Assembly (NCBI RefSeq): GCF_009914755.1
Contig: NC_060940.1
Direction: 5' to 3' (one strand)
DNA length: 64,000 bases
Source of the DNA: the human T2T-CHM13v2.0 reference genome, Homo sapiens
Position numbers and translations under genes: made by a program
Part shown: positions 33,120 to 46,150 of the stretch, in pieces
Position numbering within the stretch: position 1 is the first letter of the stretch
Layout of the letters: the number at the start of each line of letters is the position of its first letter
The notes under the pieces: generated by a model
Told to the model about the DNA's origin: nothing
Database searches by the model: none
What the model saw: only the letters and a program-made list of their open reading frames with translations

Positions 33120-33715
33120 GCAGAGGCCCCTTACTGGACTTGGACCGAGTGGATGGACAGGAAACCACCAACCATGGTGGCCACCCAAACCAACTTTCAC
33201 TGCCTTACTCTTGAAACCCCACTCTCTCCATCTCCTGGCTGAAGAACCACAAGAGCTCTAAGGAGAGCATCACATCAGCATATGGAGGTGGGCCTGGAAG
33301 TTGGTGGGAATGTGGGCTGGATGTGGAAGGTGGGACCTGTCTTTGGCTCACCTGCCCTTCTACCTGGAGCTGTGGCACCAACAGTAGAGGCTGATCATGG
33401 AGTGTGGTGCCCACAGACTGCTGTCACCCCACCTCTGTGATGGAGAACAAGTGCAGCAGCCTTTAGCAGACATACACACTGGACAGCTGGGTGAGGGCTG
33501 TGGCCCGTGGGCAGAGGGCAGGAGGGTGGGCAGCCTCTGAACTCCCATCTATTCTTTCAATGTTTTCTCCTGACCATCCCATTCTACTTGCAGGGCTTCT
33601 GGACAGCCAGATGCAGCAAAATGGAAATCCACTGCAAATTCTCTAGCAACTTAGTATGTGGAGGTGAACACCAGCAAATTGGGTGTCAATGGCATGCCCT
33701 ATGTCACCATGCTCA
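33120..33715 (+). pseudogene. FGFR3P: Unprocessed FGFR3 fragment (IgII and IgIIIa exons with introns); may extend upstream to ~31290 as intron sequence
   Basis: EAPYWTWTEWMDRK...SISWLKN ~ GAPYWTRPERMDKK...SISWLKN; LWHQQ*RLIME...ENK...QTYTLD ~ LRHQQWSLVME...ENK...QTYTLD; SPDHPILLAGL, EIHCK, VEVNTSKLGVNGMPYVTML ~ SPHRPILQAGL, EFHCK, VEVNGSKVGPDGTPYVTVL. Short introns at ~33288-33369 (GT...AG) and ~33491-33560 (GT donor, decayed acceptor). Confidence 0.88.
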
Positions 33716-34369
33716 GGGGAGATGCTGCTGCTGGCCAGGAGCATGGGGATAGCAGGCCTGAGGCTCCACTTTACAGAACTCTACCATCATTATAAAAGTT
33801 TTGGAGTAGCCTATGAAAGACAGAACATGTCATCAGCTAGGAGACAAAATCCTCTACAGTGAGCAGTTCTCCTGGATATAAACTTGGTGCTGGTTCATTT
33901 AGCATCTGTGATGAACCAATGTCTAAAATGAGAGTCAGTTTCTCCTAAAGTAAGATCACATGAGTCAACTGATAAAAGTGGGAATCACTCCTGTGAGTAT
34001 TGTCCCTCATAATTCATTCAAAAACATTTGCTTCTGTCTTTGCAGCTTTATGCTCTCCAAATTCCCACACTGAGTAAAAACCTCCTTGGCAAGCTTATAA
34101 TCAATCTCACATATTTAACAATTTGGATTTTATATTAAGATCCACTATAAAATATGGAAGAAAATCTGTTTGATTTACAGTAGATGTAAAATAGAAAAAC
34201 TAGAATGGGCTACTCTGCACATGTAGTATTAGTTCCTTTTATATTTATGAGTTTTCTACCAACCTGTATTTATTACACTAAAAATAATGCTAAAATATAC
34301 TTTATTTTATTGTATGGAGTTTAAATGGATACACTGAATAATGGAATAATATTAACTAAATAAACCTTG

Positions 34370-35440
34370 ATGCCTATTTTTTTCAGTTTTTAAAAGTTAT
34401 TTAACAGTTTTTCTTTTTACTGTAAAATTGCAATTGATTAAATCTACTCCTAAATATTTTTTTTCCTTTTCATACATACACAAATGGAATTGTTTTCTTA
34501 ATTTTATTTTCAGGTTGATCATTGTTAGTACATAAAAGTACGATTGAACTTTGTATATTGGTTTTGTATCTTGTGATGTTGCTGAACTCACTTATTGGTT
34601 GTAGTGAGTTTTAATGAATTTCTTATAAACTTTTATATTCACATTATGTCCTCTGCAATGATAGAGAGTTCTAACCTCTTATTTTCCCACATTGATGATT
34701 TTGTTTATTTTTCTTATGTAATTTATTTGGATGTTAACATTTTTGTCTTGTTCTCAAATGTCAAGACACAACAACCAGTATTTTATTATTATGGGGTTAG
34801 CTGTAAGTTTTACATTGACGCCTTTTAGCAGATCTAGGAAGTTTCTTGTACTCCTCTTTTCCAGGGAGATCGTGAATGAATATTGGATTGGTTAAATGCT
34901 CCCTGTGTCTGTTGAAAGGACCTTTCTGTTAATTTCCTTTATCCTATTACTTTGTGTAATGCATTGATTGATTATTGGATAGATCAATATTGCATTTGTG
35001 AAATAATTCCATTTGGTCATGGTGTACAGTCATTTTGATTTATTCTTGATTCATTTCACTCTTTTTTGAGATTTTCTGTTTGTGTATTTATCAGGGAAAT
35101 TCATCTATGTTCATATTTACTTGTGATGCTTTTGTCTGGCTTTAGTATCAGGGTAATACTGGCCTGATAGAACAAATTGGGAAGTGTTCCCAATAACTGT
35201 CTTCTATTTTCTGGAAGGCCTTGTGAAGAGTTGGCATTAATTCTTCACTAAATGTTTAGTAGAATTTATCAGTTAAGCCACATGACTCTGGGCTTTTTTG
35301 TGTGTGATGATTTTTAATTAATTGAATCCCTTTACTTGTTATATATGTATTCATATATTCTGTTCCTTCTTGGATTTACTTTTATGATTGGTGCCTATTG
35401 AGGTATTTATTTCTAGTTTGTGGTACTTCATGTGTTTAGG
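34370..35440 (-). mobile_element. Old L1 (L1M) ORF2 fragment
   Basis: Antisense ORF2-like sequence (TTTAGTATCAGGGTAATACTGGCC, GGAAGTGTTCCC). Confidence 0.75.
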
Positions 35441-35609
35441 TTTTCTAGACAGTGGACATAGAAGATTCAAGAAGCTAAATGTAGGAGAATGTTTAATGTA
35501 GGAGAATGAGGCTTTGATATCATCAATGAATGACTTGAAGTTTCCTCTGTTGTAAAGAATGATATTACCATAACTGCCATAGTTAATATTGATGGTGTAA
35601 GTCAAATAA

Positions 35610-36590
35610 GAAGGCAGGAGGAAAGGGACATCCATCACTGAACCACAAATCAGTGTACTCATTGAAGCCTTTGAGAAGAATCCACAAAATTTTACAGGAT
35701 AATTCATTTCCTGCGATCACCAGTAGAGAGAAACTGGTTAAACAGACAGGTATTCCAGAGTCCAAAATTTACATTTGGTTTCAGAACCAAAGACCTCAGC
35801 TCCCAGGCCACAGCAAAAGGGGGCTTATGAATTCCCTGGCACCAGGTCCAAGACCAAGACCTCATCTGATTGTTTGGCTGGAACAAAACATGTGCACTGC
35901 CCCAGGCAGGTCTCATCCTCTTCATGCCTCCTACTCTTTCACCAGCCACTTTTCATTTTTACAAGCTCTTCCTTCACCTCCCACATCCTGTGATTTTTTG
36001 GATCCATCTGCATTCTGCATGAGACAGGCTGTGCAGATGGGAGAGTTCTCTCAACCTCTTCTGGCACTCAGGAGTCATGTGTCAATGGTACCAGCTCTAG
36101 GAGGGAGGCTCTCCCATACACAGACTTGCTTCTGGCCTCTGTCGAAAGGAAAATTTCAGGATAAGAAAAATGAGACACTAACCTGGAAGTTCTGCCTTAA
36201 AGGACAGCCTCAGCCTGGTCATTCTTAGCCACAATTTTAGAGTTTGGGTCAACAGGCCAAATCCCAGCAGTGGTGGAGCCGGGGCAAGGGGTCCTAGGAT
36301 GTCATGATTCAACCTGAAGCAGGAGCACCTTAGCAGCCCATGCACACTGAGTCTCCCCTGTGACAGAAACAGACACAAGCCACGAAGGAGACATCCACCT
36401 GCTGGAGCAACCACACCAGCCATCTGCATGATCTCCTATAATCCCCAGAGTTTCAGGAAAAGGCACAATCTTTTCTGAATGCCGATCCACAAGGGGAGGA
36501 CCCTCCAAGGTTTGAATCACCACTCAGTGAGAAAGAATTTCAGGCTCTGCTTAACAGGCTGCAAAGCTTACCAGCAAATCAGCTTCAGCA
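35610..36590 (+). pseudogene. DUX4L: Intronless DUX (DUX4/DUXC-type) homeobox pseudogene
   Basis: EGRRKGTSITEPQISVLIEAFEKN[22-nt insertion]SFPAITSREKLVKQTGIPESKIYIWFQNQR resembles DUX4 HD2. HLHDLL*SPEFQEKAQSFL...FESPLSEKEFQALLNRL (36421-36561) resembles the DUX4 C-terminus LLDELLASPEFLQQAQPLL...LEAPLSEEEYRALLEEL. Confidence 0.88.
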
Positions 36591-37204
36591 GGCAGCCATC
36601 CTTCTCACCACTGCCATGCAGGACTATTTTCCTTGGACACAAACAGCAAAATGCCAAGAAGAAGGCACCAGGAACACATTGTGGTCAGAAGCAAGGCTGA
36701 TGGAAGAAGCAGCAGCAACCACTTGGAAATCCAAAGGGAGCACTTCGGCTCACTCCTGTGGGCTTCCCTCAACTTTGGTGCTCACTTTCTAACCTCAGTG
36801 ATGGTTTCTGAGCTCCATCCTGCCTCTTGAGGCTGCATGGGCTCCAGGCGGTGAACAGCTTCACTGAATCCTGATGCAGCAAAGCATTCTCATGACAAAC
36901 ATGACTTCTTCCCTTTGATCGTCAGCTCCTGGGCCATCTGGACAATGCACAAACTGGAAACCCACCAAGGGGAGGAGAGTAGCTCTAAGGAGGACACATT
37001 TGCACTTCTTTCCCTTCTAGCAAGTTCAAAAGCCAACCATAAATGCAAGTGGATATGTAGAAAATGAGGGCGTGCTATAACTTCTCATCACATGAGTTTA
37101 TGACCAGGAGTTTTTAATCCTAGCTCTGAGAGCTGTAAATGGGAATTGGAAGTTTTTCCACTAAGCATCTATCAGTGACTGATTGTGCAGGCTTATCTCC
37201 TTCA

Positions 37205-37573
<369 letters not shown>

Positions 37574-37739
37574 GCAATTGAGTGAGAGAGAGAAAACTAT
37601 AAAATAACTGAACAAAGTGTAAGGATGTTAATTTTCCCACAGCGTTAGAATTTTTGTATATATTTACATGCATAGATCTATGCATAAAGCTGACCTCCTT
37701 ATATGTTAAATCAGTTACATGTTCAGTGGAAAAAAAATA

Positions 37740-39035
37740 AATTTTCTTTGTTTTAACACTGAAGAGGGATGCACATGGTCCAGGCATGTTCTGTTGGAGT
37801 TGAAGGGGCCTGTTCTGGGAAAGGGAGAAAGGCAGAGTGAGACCCCGGTGCATTTAGGAGGCATAAGATGGGACCCTAATAGAGAGGCAGCCAGGGCCTG
37901 GGCACCGGCAACACTGAGGCTCACAGGGGCTTCTGGAGGCGAGATAAATGGCACAGGGCACTGAAGGCTATAATGTCCTGTAACAGGCGAAGATCTGGCC
38001 AGGTCGTGCTGCGTCTCAGCATCACTGCCAGCCAGGCCTAACTAGACCCTATATTGAAGACACCTGGGGTGGACAGGCGTGAGCCTCCATGCTGCAAAGA
38101 GCCCCAAAATTAGGTCTGCCCTGGGGCAAGGGTCCAGACCATTATGGTTAGGCCAATTTAAAACAGCCTCGTCTCCTCTATTCTCAGAGGCTCAAGTGGG
38201 TGGAGAAAAGATAAGAAGTGAACTGAAATCTCCCTGAAAAAACAGGGTCCCATGGGGTTTGTTGCCCCCCTACCTACAAGTGGAACCAGTCAGCCACCTC
38301 TCTCTCCTCTTTATGCCAAGATCCTCTGTTCAGGGCTCCTGGAAAAGCCCTCCTCCCTGCTGCCTCCCCACCACAGTGCACTTGCCAGGAAAGCCCGAGA
38401 TCAGGGACCTGAGCATTTTGCACAGCAGGCGGGGGAGCAAGAGGGTCAAGGGCAGCGGTGTGTCCTGCACAAGAGCGGCCTTTTGTGGGCCCAGGCTGCA
38501 GACCAGCTCACCTTGCAGCAGGTGGCAGCCATGTGCCCTCTGCCAGGCCACTCCACCTCCCGGAGCAACAGCTCCAGCTGCCGCTTCCGTTTGTTGAGCA
38601 CAGAATGTACGAATGCCGGCTAGGGGGCCAAAGGTGGGGACAGTGGCCACCTCTCGTATCTCTGACCATTCAGCCGCCAGCCATACCCAGGCCGCTGCCA
38701 GCGGTCCCATGAGCCTGGCGTTCCTGTCGCCCCTTCTCCCCACAGTTCGTCTCCTTGTTCTCCCAGCCGGGCTCCTAGCTCCTCAGAGACGCAGGACCAG
38801 CTCAGATCTCCTGTCCAGCACCTGCCGGGCTAGTAAGCGAGAAGGCCAGGAGAAAGGGTGTCTGTCGCTCCAGAAGGAACAGGACCTCCCTACTCCAGGA
38901 AGGAGTCCGACGCTCAGTGGGGGCTGCAGGCGCAGCGGACGGTGGGGGCAGCAGCAGCAGCGGCAGGAGGAGAAGCAATGGCTTCTCTGGAGGTGGCACT
39001 GTCTGTCTCCTTGGGCGTCTCCCTAACATAGTCAT
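37740..39035 (-). other. CpG-rich, probably duplicated gene fragment of unidentified origin with exon-like segments
   Basis: 108-nt AG/GT-flanked open segment 38620-38513 (PAFVHSVLNKRKRQLELLLREVEWPGRGHMAATCCK), further pyrimidine-tract acceptors, (CTG)n run. Parent not recognised. Confidence 0.4.
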
Positions 39036-39599
39036 GATTCAAAATCTGTGCTCACCACCAGTGCAAGGTCACAGCGGGAAATTGTAATTATCTAAGCGGA
39101 TTCTTTCTTAATTGTACATCTATGTTTTATATAGAAGTGTTTTTGTTGTTGTTGTTGTTGTTAATGTTTCTCTCATTCTTGTTTTGAAATTTCATATTAC
39201 TGTGCTTCTTTTTTGGGGTAGCTTCTTTGACATTTGTGTTTTGTGAATTTGGTTTTACCTACATATTATGATTTTGGATGTAAATCTGCAACTCTATGTA
39301 CACATCGAGTCGATGTGGGGTTTAATTAAAATATGAATCAGTCATATCTACCACCAATAAAATCATGTGTTTGTTTGCCTCTATAAATATACTCCATTTA
39401 TTCTTATCTTGCATATTTCTCTTCTTGGCTGATGTCAAAAGTTTGTTTTAACTTGTTCAGGAGAGTAGTCATGTAAATAGTCTTAATTTGCCCATGTATT
39501 TTTTGATGAATCTATATTATCTTTGTGTGAGAAAAACACGCTTATAATTTGAAGGTAATTTTCTGAAAAGTTTATAACTCTGTATCTCTTTTATGTATC

Positions 39600-40440
39600 A
39601 CTTTACAATATTTTAATTGTAATAAAGCACAACAAAATTTACCAGTCTATACCTTTGTAATTGCATAATTTAGTAGTGTTACATATATCCACATTGTTAT
39701 GCAACAGGCTTCTAGAGCTTTTCCATTGCAAAACTAAAACTCAATAGCCATAAACGTCAACCGACCATTTTACCCTCTCCTGAGCCTTTGACATTCTACT
39801 TTCTGTTTCTGTGAGTTGGACTACTTAAGATATATCATAAGAGGAATCATACACTCACTGTCACTTTGTTTCCTGGCACATTTCACTTAACATTATGTCC
39901 TAAAGGTTTACTGTCATTGCAGTGTGTGATTTATTTATTTATTTATTTTATTTATTTTTTTTTGAGACAGTCTCACTCTGTCGCCCAGGCTGGAGTGCAG
40001 TTGTGCAATCTCCGGTTACTGCAAGCTCCACCTCCTGGGTTCACATCATTCTCCTGCCTCAGCCTCCTGAGTAGCTGGGACCACAGGCACCTGCCACCAT
40101 GCCTGGCTAATTTTTTGTATTTTTAGTAGAGATGGGGTTTCACCGTGTTAGCCAGGATGGTCTCAATCTCCTGACCTCGTGATCTGCCCACCTCGGCCTC
40201 CCAAAGTGCTAGAATTACAGGCATGAGCCACCACACCCAGCCCAAGATTTTCTTTTTAAATCATATTATATGTATATATCATATTTTATTTTATTTTATT
40301 TATCTGTCAAGGGACATTCAAGTAGCTTCTACCTTTTGGATTTTTAGAATAAATCTCTTATAAACAGGGGTGTGAAATGTTTCTTTCAGGTCCTGCTTTG
40401 AACATTTATATAGATATCCAGAAATGGGATTGCCAGATCA
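39600..40440 (-). mobile_element. Old L1 (L1MB-like) 3' end, continued at 48327 beyond the provirus
   Basis: Antisense L1 3' UTR; GGGATTGCCAGATCA joins TACAATAATTCCATTTTT across the provirus. Confidence 0.78.
39928..40242 (-). mobile_element. Alu (AluY-like)
   Basis: Reverse dimer with (TTTA)n tail and AluY diagnostics. Confidence 0.93.
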
Positions 40441-40873
40441 TGTGGCTGTCGGTTCGGGACTGAACGAAGGAGGATGAATGCAGAAATGAAGACAAAAACA
40501 AAAAGATTTGTTGTAAAGAAGGGGTCAGGGGGCTCCTTGCTTCTAGGGAACAAGGGCCCTGAGCTTATACAGCCCTTCACATGTATTAGGTAGAATCAAC
40601 AGGGAGGAAGAGGTAACAGTTTTAGTCAGCTGCTTGATTTATCACAGGCTCAAATAATTGCTTTCTTTATACAACAGGGTCCAGATGTTCCTATAGATAA
40701 CTACAAGGAACACTGTGCCTGATGCATGACTGTCCTCAGCATTCCTTCTGGTGGCAGATGCAGCTGTCAGCTTGCCAATATCCTGTATTCATGAGAACAG
40801 TTTGCTGTTTGCTCACATAGCCTCCAGTGGTATACTGAGTTGGTCATGACCCTCATTCTTTCAGCCTCCAACA
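40441..40873 (-). repeat. 3' LTR (LTR3)
   Basis: TG...CA; preceded on the - strand by polypurine tract AGAAAGGGGGAGA (40874-40886). Confidence 0.92.
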
Positions 40874-40899
40874 TCTCCCCCTTTCTGCTTTTGATTTAA

Positions 40900-42700
40900 T
40901 TGAATAAAGGTAATTGCAGGCTGTTCAGCTCTCAATTGCTGGTTGGTGTTCCAGTTGATTTTACAGACTATGAACAAAAAACAGAAACATAGTAACATTA
41001 TTCCAATAATTATGAAAAAGATATTGAGGTGCTGTTAGAATTTTACTTTGTAAATCATTAATATCAAAAGTAACATTGGATGTAACAGCTCCCTGTAAAT
41101 GGGCCTTTACAAGGTTCCATGGATATTCACTTTGATTATATTCCTAATTGGTTACACAAATATGAGTATGGTTAAAATGACAACGCAATTGCTACTGCAA
41201 CTGCAAGCTTTGTACTTGTTCTTCTAGCCACAGAACAGTAGTCTTTAACATTGCCACTTCTGTTTGTATCTCAGTGTTAGTTTTATTTTGAAACATCCAT
41301 GCCTGGTCAGCTGTATGCATCCAATTTTCTGCATATTGAGCTGTTTGAGTGGAGCTGTCCAGTGCTACTGAGGACACCACAACAGAGGGTATTAATGTAA
41401 TTAAGGAGACTATAGTAAAAATTATCATGCCTAAGGCTCTACGAGTGCCATGAGTAAGCTGAGTAAGAAGTTTTACAAAATGTAAAGTGGGGGTGGCTGC
41501 CCAAGGCTCAGATAGATTTACAGGAATCCATAATCCAGGAATGCGACCTAGAATTATTAGGGTGGATATGCTGTGTGTTTGTATTGTGCTATGATTAAGG
41601 CAATGATAGAGTTGACAGGAATCACAATTCAATTGGGCATTGTTTACCTGGAGTTGGTCCTTTTTTGCTGCTAGAAAAACATAGGGATTAAAAACACAAA
41701 TTTCAAACATTTTTTACAAAGGTAACATTAAACTGTATTGAGCACTATTACTATTATTGGATAGTGTCCCAACCCAAATGCTGCCATTCATATATGGGAG
41801 TGCTGCCTTCCACATAGACTCCTGAATTGGACCTCTCTTTCCTTGATAATGCCATTGAGGCAAAGGTGGGCTAAAGCCCGTTCCATGCCAAGCAAGTTGC
41901 ATGGCAGATTGGGATTGAATCCCAGTGTGTTGAAGTGAAGAGATGTTAAAGTTTCGCCACCAGTGCCAGTGAAGTTTATGCCATGTGGTCTGATTCTCAT
42001 CTCTCCCATCTTAATGACCACAGGGACCCCAGTCAATAATGTCTCCCATTAACATGGACTATTGTCTAGCTAAGGGGCCAAGACAGTGGGCCCAAGGAGG
42101 GGGGTGAGAATTATCAAAGGGAGCCCATTCTGTATAATCAGTACAATTTGGGTGATGGGGCCAGGAGTGATTAGTAACTACACAAGTAATATTAATAAAG
42201 CTAAGGTCTAATAGGTACATAATTTTTTTATGGTAACTCAACCATGCTTGGGATCAAACTGCAAGGCAACTGCAGTTGAGCAATGTATCCTGGGTGACAC
42301 ATAAAGGAAGTCCCTCCAATGGAGTGGTATAATTGATACCATTGTTATGAGAGTCTAATTGCTCTGTGTCAGGGGGAGTTAGAGGTCCTGGTACTGATGC
42401 TCCTTGATCATGATATATCTCAGGAGGAGTGCTGCTTCAGAGTATGATCACACTACCGGTGGGTTAGGAAAATATGCCCAATATGTTTTTGCTTCTGCAC
42501 AGAAAAATCATACTGCACAGGATATTACAGCTAGCATGGCCATAAACATGGAGTCAGGGGTTTTTGCCTGACCCTGGCACTACACCAGTTTCTCAGCTTC
42601 TGGTGTGGTTTTCTTGATCTGACCCCATGTTATGAGGGTTGACGTCAGTGTGACTCTCGTCGGTCTTCATTCCATCTTCACATTCAGATTCAACTGGCTC
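40900..42700 (-). pseudogene. env: HML-6 env remnant
   Basis: RIPGLWIPVNLSEPW...HGTRRALGMIIFTIVSLITLI (SU/TM cleavage and fusion peptide), KTTVLWLEEQVQSL; fragmented. Confidence 0.85.
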
Positions 42701-45310
42701 ATGGCTCATACTGGAGGAGCTGGGCCTGTAGTTGGGATCCATGTATCCCTCCAGTCTCCCATTCCATGGTCGCACACAACTTGAGGGCACTCACACGGTT
42801 TATCCATCTCCTGTAAAAACACAAGCATACCCTCATCCCCACGTCAGTAAATCCACCAGGCCTTTCCATTGTCCTTCTTCTGGGGATTTCCATAGTACCT
42901 TTGGGTAAACTTTCCTCTTTCCCTCTAACATTTGCCAATGTTGTTTGGCCAGAGTCTTACTATCCATATCAAAAGTAAAAAATTAAAAGTAAATAAGGAT
43001 AAATGTAATTTTGTTTGAGGTGGTAGCTTGTCTCCTATTCCCCCTTTTTGTTTTTACAACATACACTGTAGTGTTTGATGTGCCCACTCTATAATGCCTT
43101 GTCCTCGAGAATTGTAAGAAATTCCTGTGTTATGAGTGATTGCCCACAACTGTAAAAAATTTTGAAAAGCATGACTAACACAAGCAGGTCCATTGTCAGT
43201 TTTTAATTGTTTAGGGACCCCCATATGGGCGAATGATGACAAACAATGTTGTTGGACATGGCCAGCTGTTTCCTGTTTGGCATGTGACATGTAGCATATG
43301 GGAGTGTCTATAGTCACACGAACACAGCTGAGTTTCCCAAAGGCTGCTATATGTGTAACATCCATCTGCCAGATTTCATTTGGTGCCAAGCCTCGTGGGT
43401 TACATCCTTCCACAAGTGCAACACCAGGAACATGCTGGCAAGTGGGGCAGGTTTGCACAATAGCTGCAGCCTGTCCATGAGGCAGATGAAACATACGAGT
43501 AAGGGCAGAGGTGTTTTGATGCAGTAATGCATGAGAAGCTTGGGCTTGTTGAAATACAGAACCGATTAGTTTATCTGCTTTATCATTACCTAGAGATAGT
43601 GGTCCAGGAAGTTGCGTGTGAGAGTGAATATGAGAAATATGAAAAGGAGTAGCATGAGAGCGAACAGCTTGTTGAAGTCTTAGAAACAAGTTAAGCAGCT
43701 CTGGTTCTAGGGTGCTCTTAATAGTGGCAGTTTCAGCACGACTGGCTACATTTACAACATAGGCTGAATCACAAACAATGTTATTAGGAGATGAAGTGGT
43801 GAGCTGTAAAACCTGAATAACTATCATTAATTCTGAGCATTGAGCTGAAGCTCCAGAGGTCTTTATTGTCTAAGTATGTTAGGTCCATAAATAGCTGCGT
43901 GTCCTTTGGCAGAACCATCAGTAAAATAGGTCTGTTCACCTGGAATAGGCTTGTGATGAGTGATTACAGGGAGAATAAAAGGGTGAACTTTATAAAATTG
44001 CAAAATTTTGTCTGATGGATAATGGTTATCTATTATTCCTATGAAATCTGCAAGAGCAATTTGCCATGCAGTCAACATTTCCCATGCTGCAGTGTGTTGT
44101 TGGGAATCCAAGGGAACAATAATTTTGTCTGGATCATATCCCATAAGCATTTTTGATCTATGCCTACCTATTGTTATAAGTTGAGTAATTAAAGAAAGAT
44201 AAACTTGCAAAGATTTCACTGTCTGATTGGATTTAAAAAAAGCCATTCTAATACTACTACAGATTTGACTATGAATTGGCCTAAAAGTCTTGTTGCTGAA
44301 TGGGGGGTAGGAAGAATAAACAGAAGCAAAGCCTTTTGTGGCTGTAGCCAGGAGGCATGTCGTTGCCAAAACATCAGCTCTACAAGTTGTAACTTAGCTT
44401 TTGCCTCCTTAGTAAGTTGCTGAGGAGAGTCTAATGGAGAATCTCCTTGAAGGGTCTGATAAAGGTGTTTGAGTTGATAAGCAGGAATACCTAGCATTGG
44501 GCACAGCCAGTTAATGTCCCCTAATAATTTTTGGAAATCATTCAAAGTTTGTAATCTGTCCCTATGGAGGACTACTTTCTGAGGCCAAACACTTCTTTCA
44601 GTAACAATAGTGCCTAAGTACTGGTATCAGGAGGTTGTTTGCACCTTTTCTGGAGCTATTTTGAGATTCCATTTAAGTCAAAGCTCATTTTATTTATCTG
44701 AATAACTGATATAAAATTTGATCTGTAGGAGGGGCAGAAAGAATATCATCCATATAATGACGGATGTAGGCTGTGGGAAACATATTCAGAGGCACCTTTA
44801 ATGCCTATCCTACAACATGCTGATATAATGCTGTTAAGCATGCCTTGGGGTAAGACTTTCCATTGATAATGAGAGACAGGCTCTTTTTGATTAACAGAAA
44901 GCACATAAAAGGCAAATCGATGCTTATCCTGCTCATGTAACAGTAAAATAAAAAAATAAATAAAAAATCTTTAAGATATATTACTTTGAGAGGCCAGCCT
45001 CCTGGAAAGGCTGCCGGGGATGGCAGACCTTGCTGTAATGCACCCATTGGTTTAATGTGTGCATTAATAGCTCTCAAATCATGTAGCAGTCATCATTTTC
45101 CTGACTTTTTAGGAATTACAAATACTGATGAATTCCAGGTGCTAACTGACTCTTCAATATGTCCTGCATCCATTTGCTCTTTTACTAGCTGATGGAATTG
45201 TGTTAGTTTCTCCTGTGATAGGGGCCACTGATCCACCCATACAGGTTTTTTAGTCAGCCACTCCAGCGGTAAAACAGTAGATGGGGGAGAAATATCAGTG
45301 ACTCCCATCA
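42700..45310 (-). pseudogene. pol: HML-6 pol remnant (RT, RNase H, integrase)
   Basis: KPVWVDQWPL, WNSSVFVIPKKSGK, HYMDDIL, NDFQKLLGDINW, YFTDGS, HALLH..CPTC, WQMDVTH, KTDNGP; many frameshifts. Confidence 0.92.
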
Positions 45311-45389
45311 GAAATTCTGATGACCTAGCCCTTTTCTATCTGTTTGCCCAGCTATTGATATAGGATCAGTGTTTCCCTGTAGGGACTTT

Positions 45390-46150
45390 TCTAAGCCTTT
45401 TCTGCCTGACATCCCATTTTCTTTAACATTTTGAACCCTGGATTGTCAATAGTTTCATTTGCAAGTCTTATATCCCATGCTGTAAGTAAATCTTGGCCCC
45501 ATAGGTTAACAGTTACATTTGCAAAATAAATTTTAAAAGTACATGACTGTCCATCTGGTTTGAGACAGGGTAAAATTTCAGCACTCTGTTGAACACTTTG
45601 AGCTGTTCCTATTCCCACTAGCGATGTAGGAGTTAATTGCAGGGGCCAGGATGGGGGCCAATTGTTTTTAGATATTACTGACACATCAGCTCCCATATCC
45701 ATAAGCCCATAGAAATTTTTTTCCTTTAATTTGCACTGTACAGGTGGGTCTATTAGATGCTATGGGTTGTGATAAATAAATTTTCCTCCTAGCTGTACTC
45801 CCAAATCCTTGATTCTCTCATTTCTCCTTATGTGGAGAAGGAAACAACTCCCAGGGAATAAGCAGTAGTTGAGTTACATATTCTCCAGGTTCAAAAACTA
45901 ACAAATCTTGTGATATTACCACTACTTGAATTTCTCCTTCATAATCACAGTCAACAACTCCTGGGACTACAGTAATGTCCTGTAAGTTGAGATGGATTTT
46001 ACCCAAAATTAATCCCATATATCCTGTTGGCAAAGGTCTCCAAATACCAGTGGGAATTTTAGTGGGTTTGTTTCCTCCAACTAATGTAACCCATTCTCTG
46101 ACAGGGAGATCTATTCCTGTGCTTCTGGGTGTTCCTGGGGAAAGGGAATC
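45390..46150 (-). pseudogene. pro: HML-6 dUTPase-protease remnant
   Basis: GYMGLILG...PGVVDCDYEGEIQV (dUTPase); DMGADVSVIS...VNLWGQDLL (protease, DTG mutated to DMG). Confidence 0.9.

Noticed and set aside
35460-35610. Possible NUMT or first DUX homeobox upstream of the DUX relic
   Set aside because: Hand translation gave no convincing match to mitochondrial proteins or a homeodomain.
35653-36228. 191-aa ORF as a functional homeobox protein
   Set aside because: Starts at GTG, lacks helix 1 in frame because of the 22-nt insertion, and stops before the activation domain.
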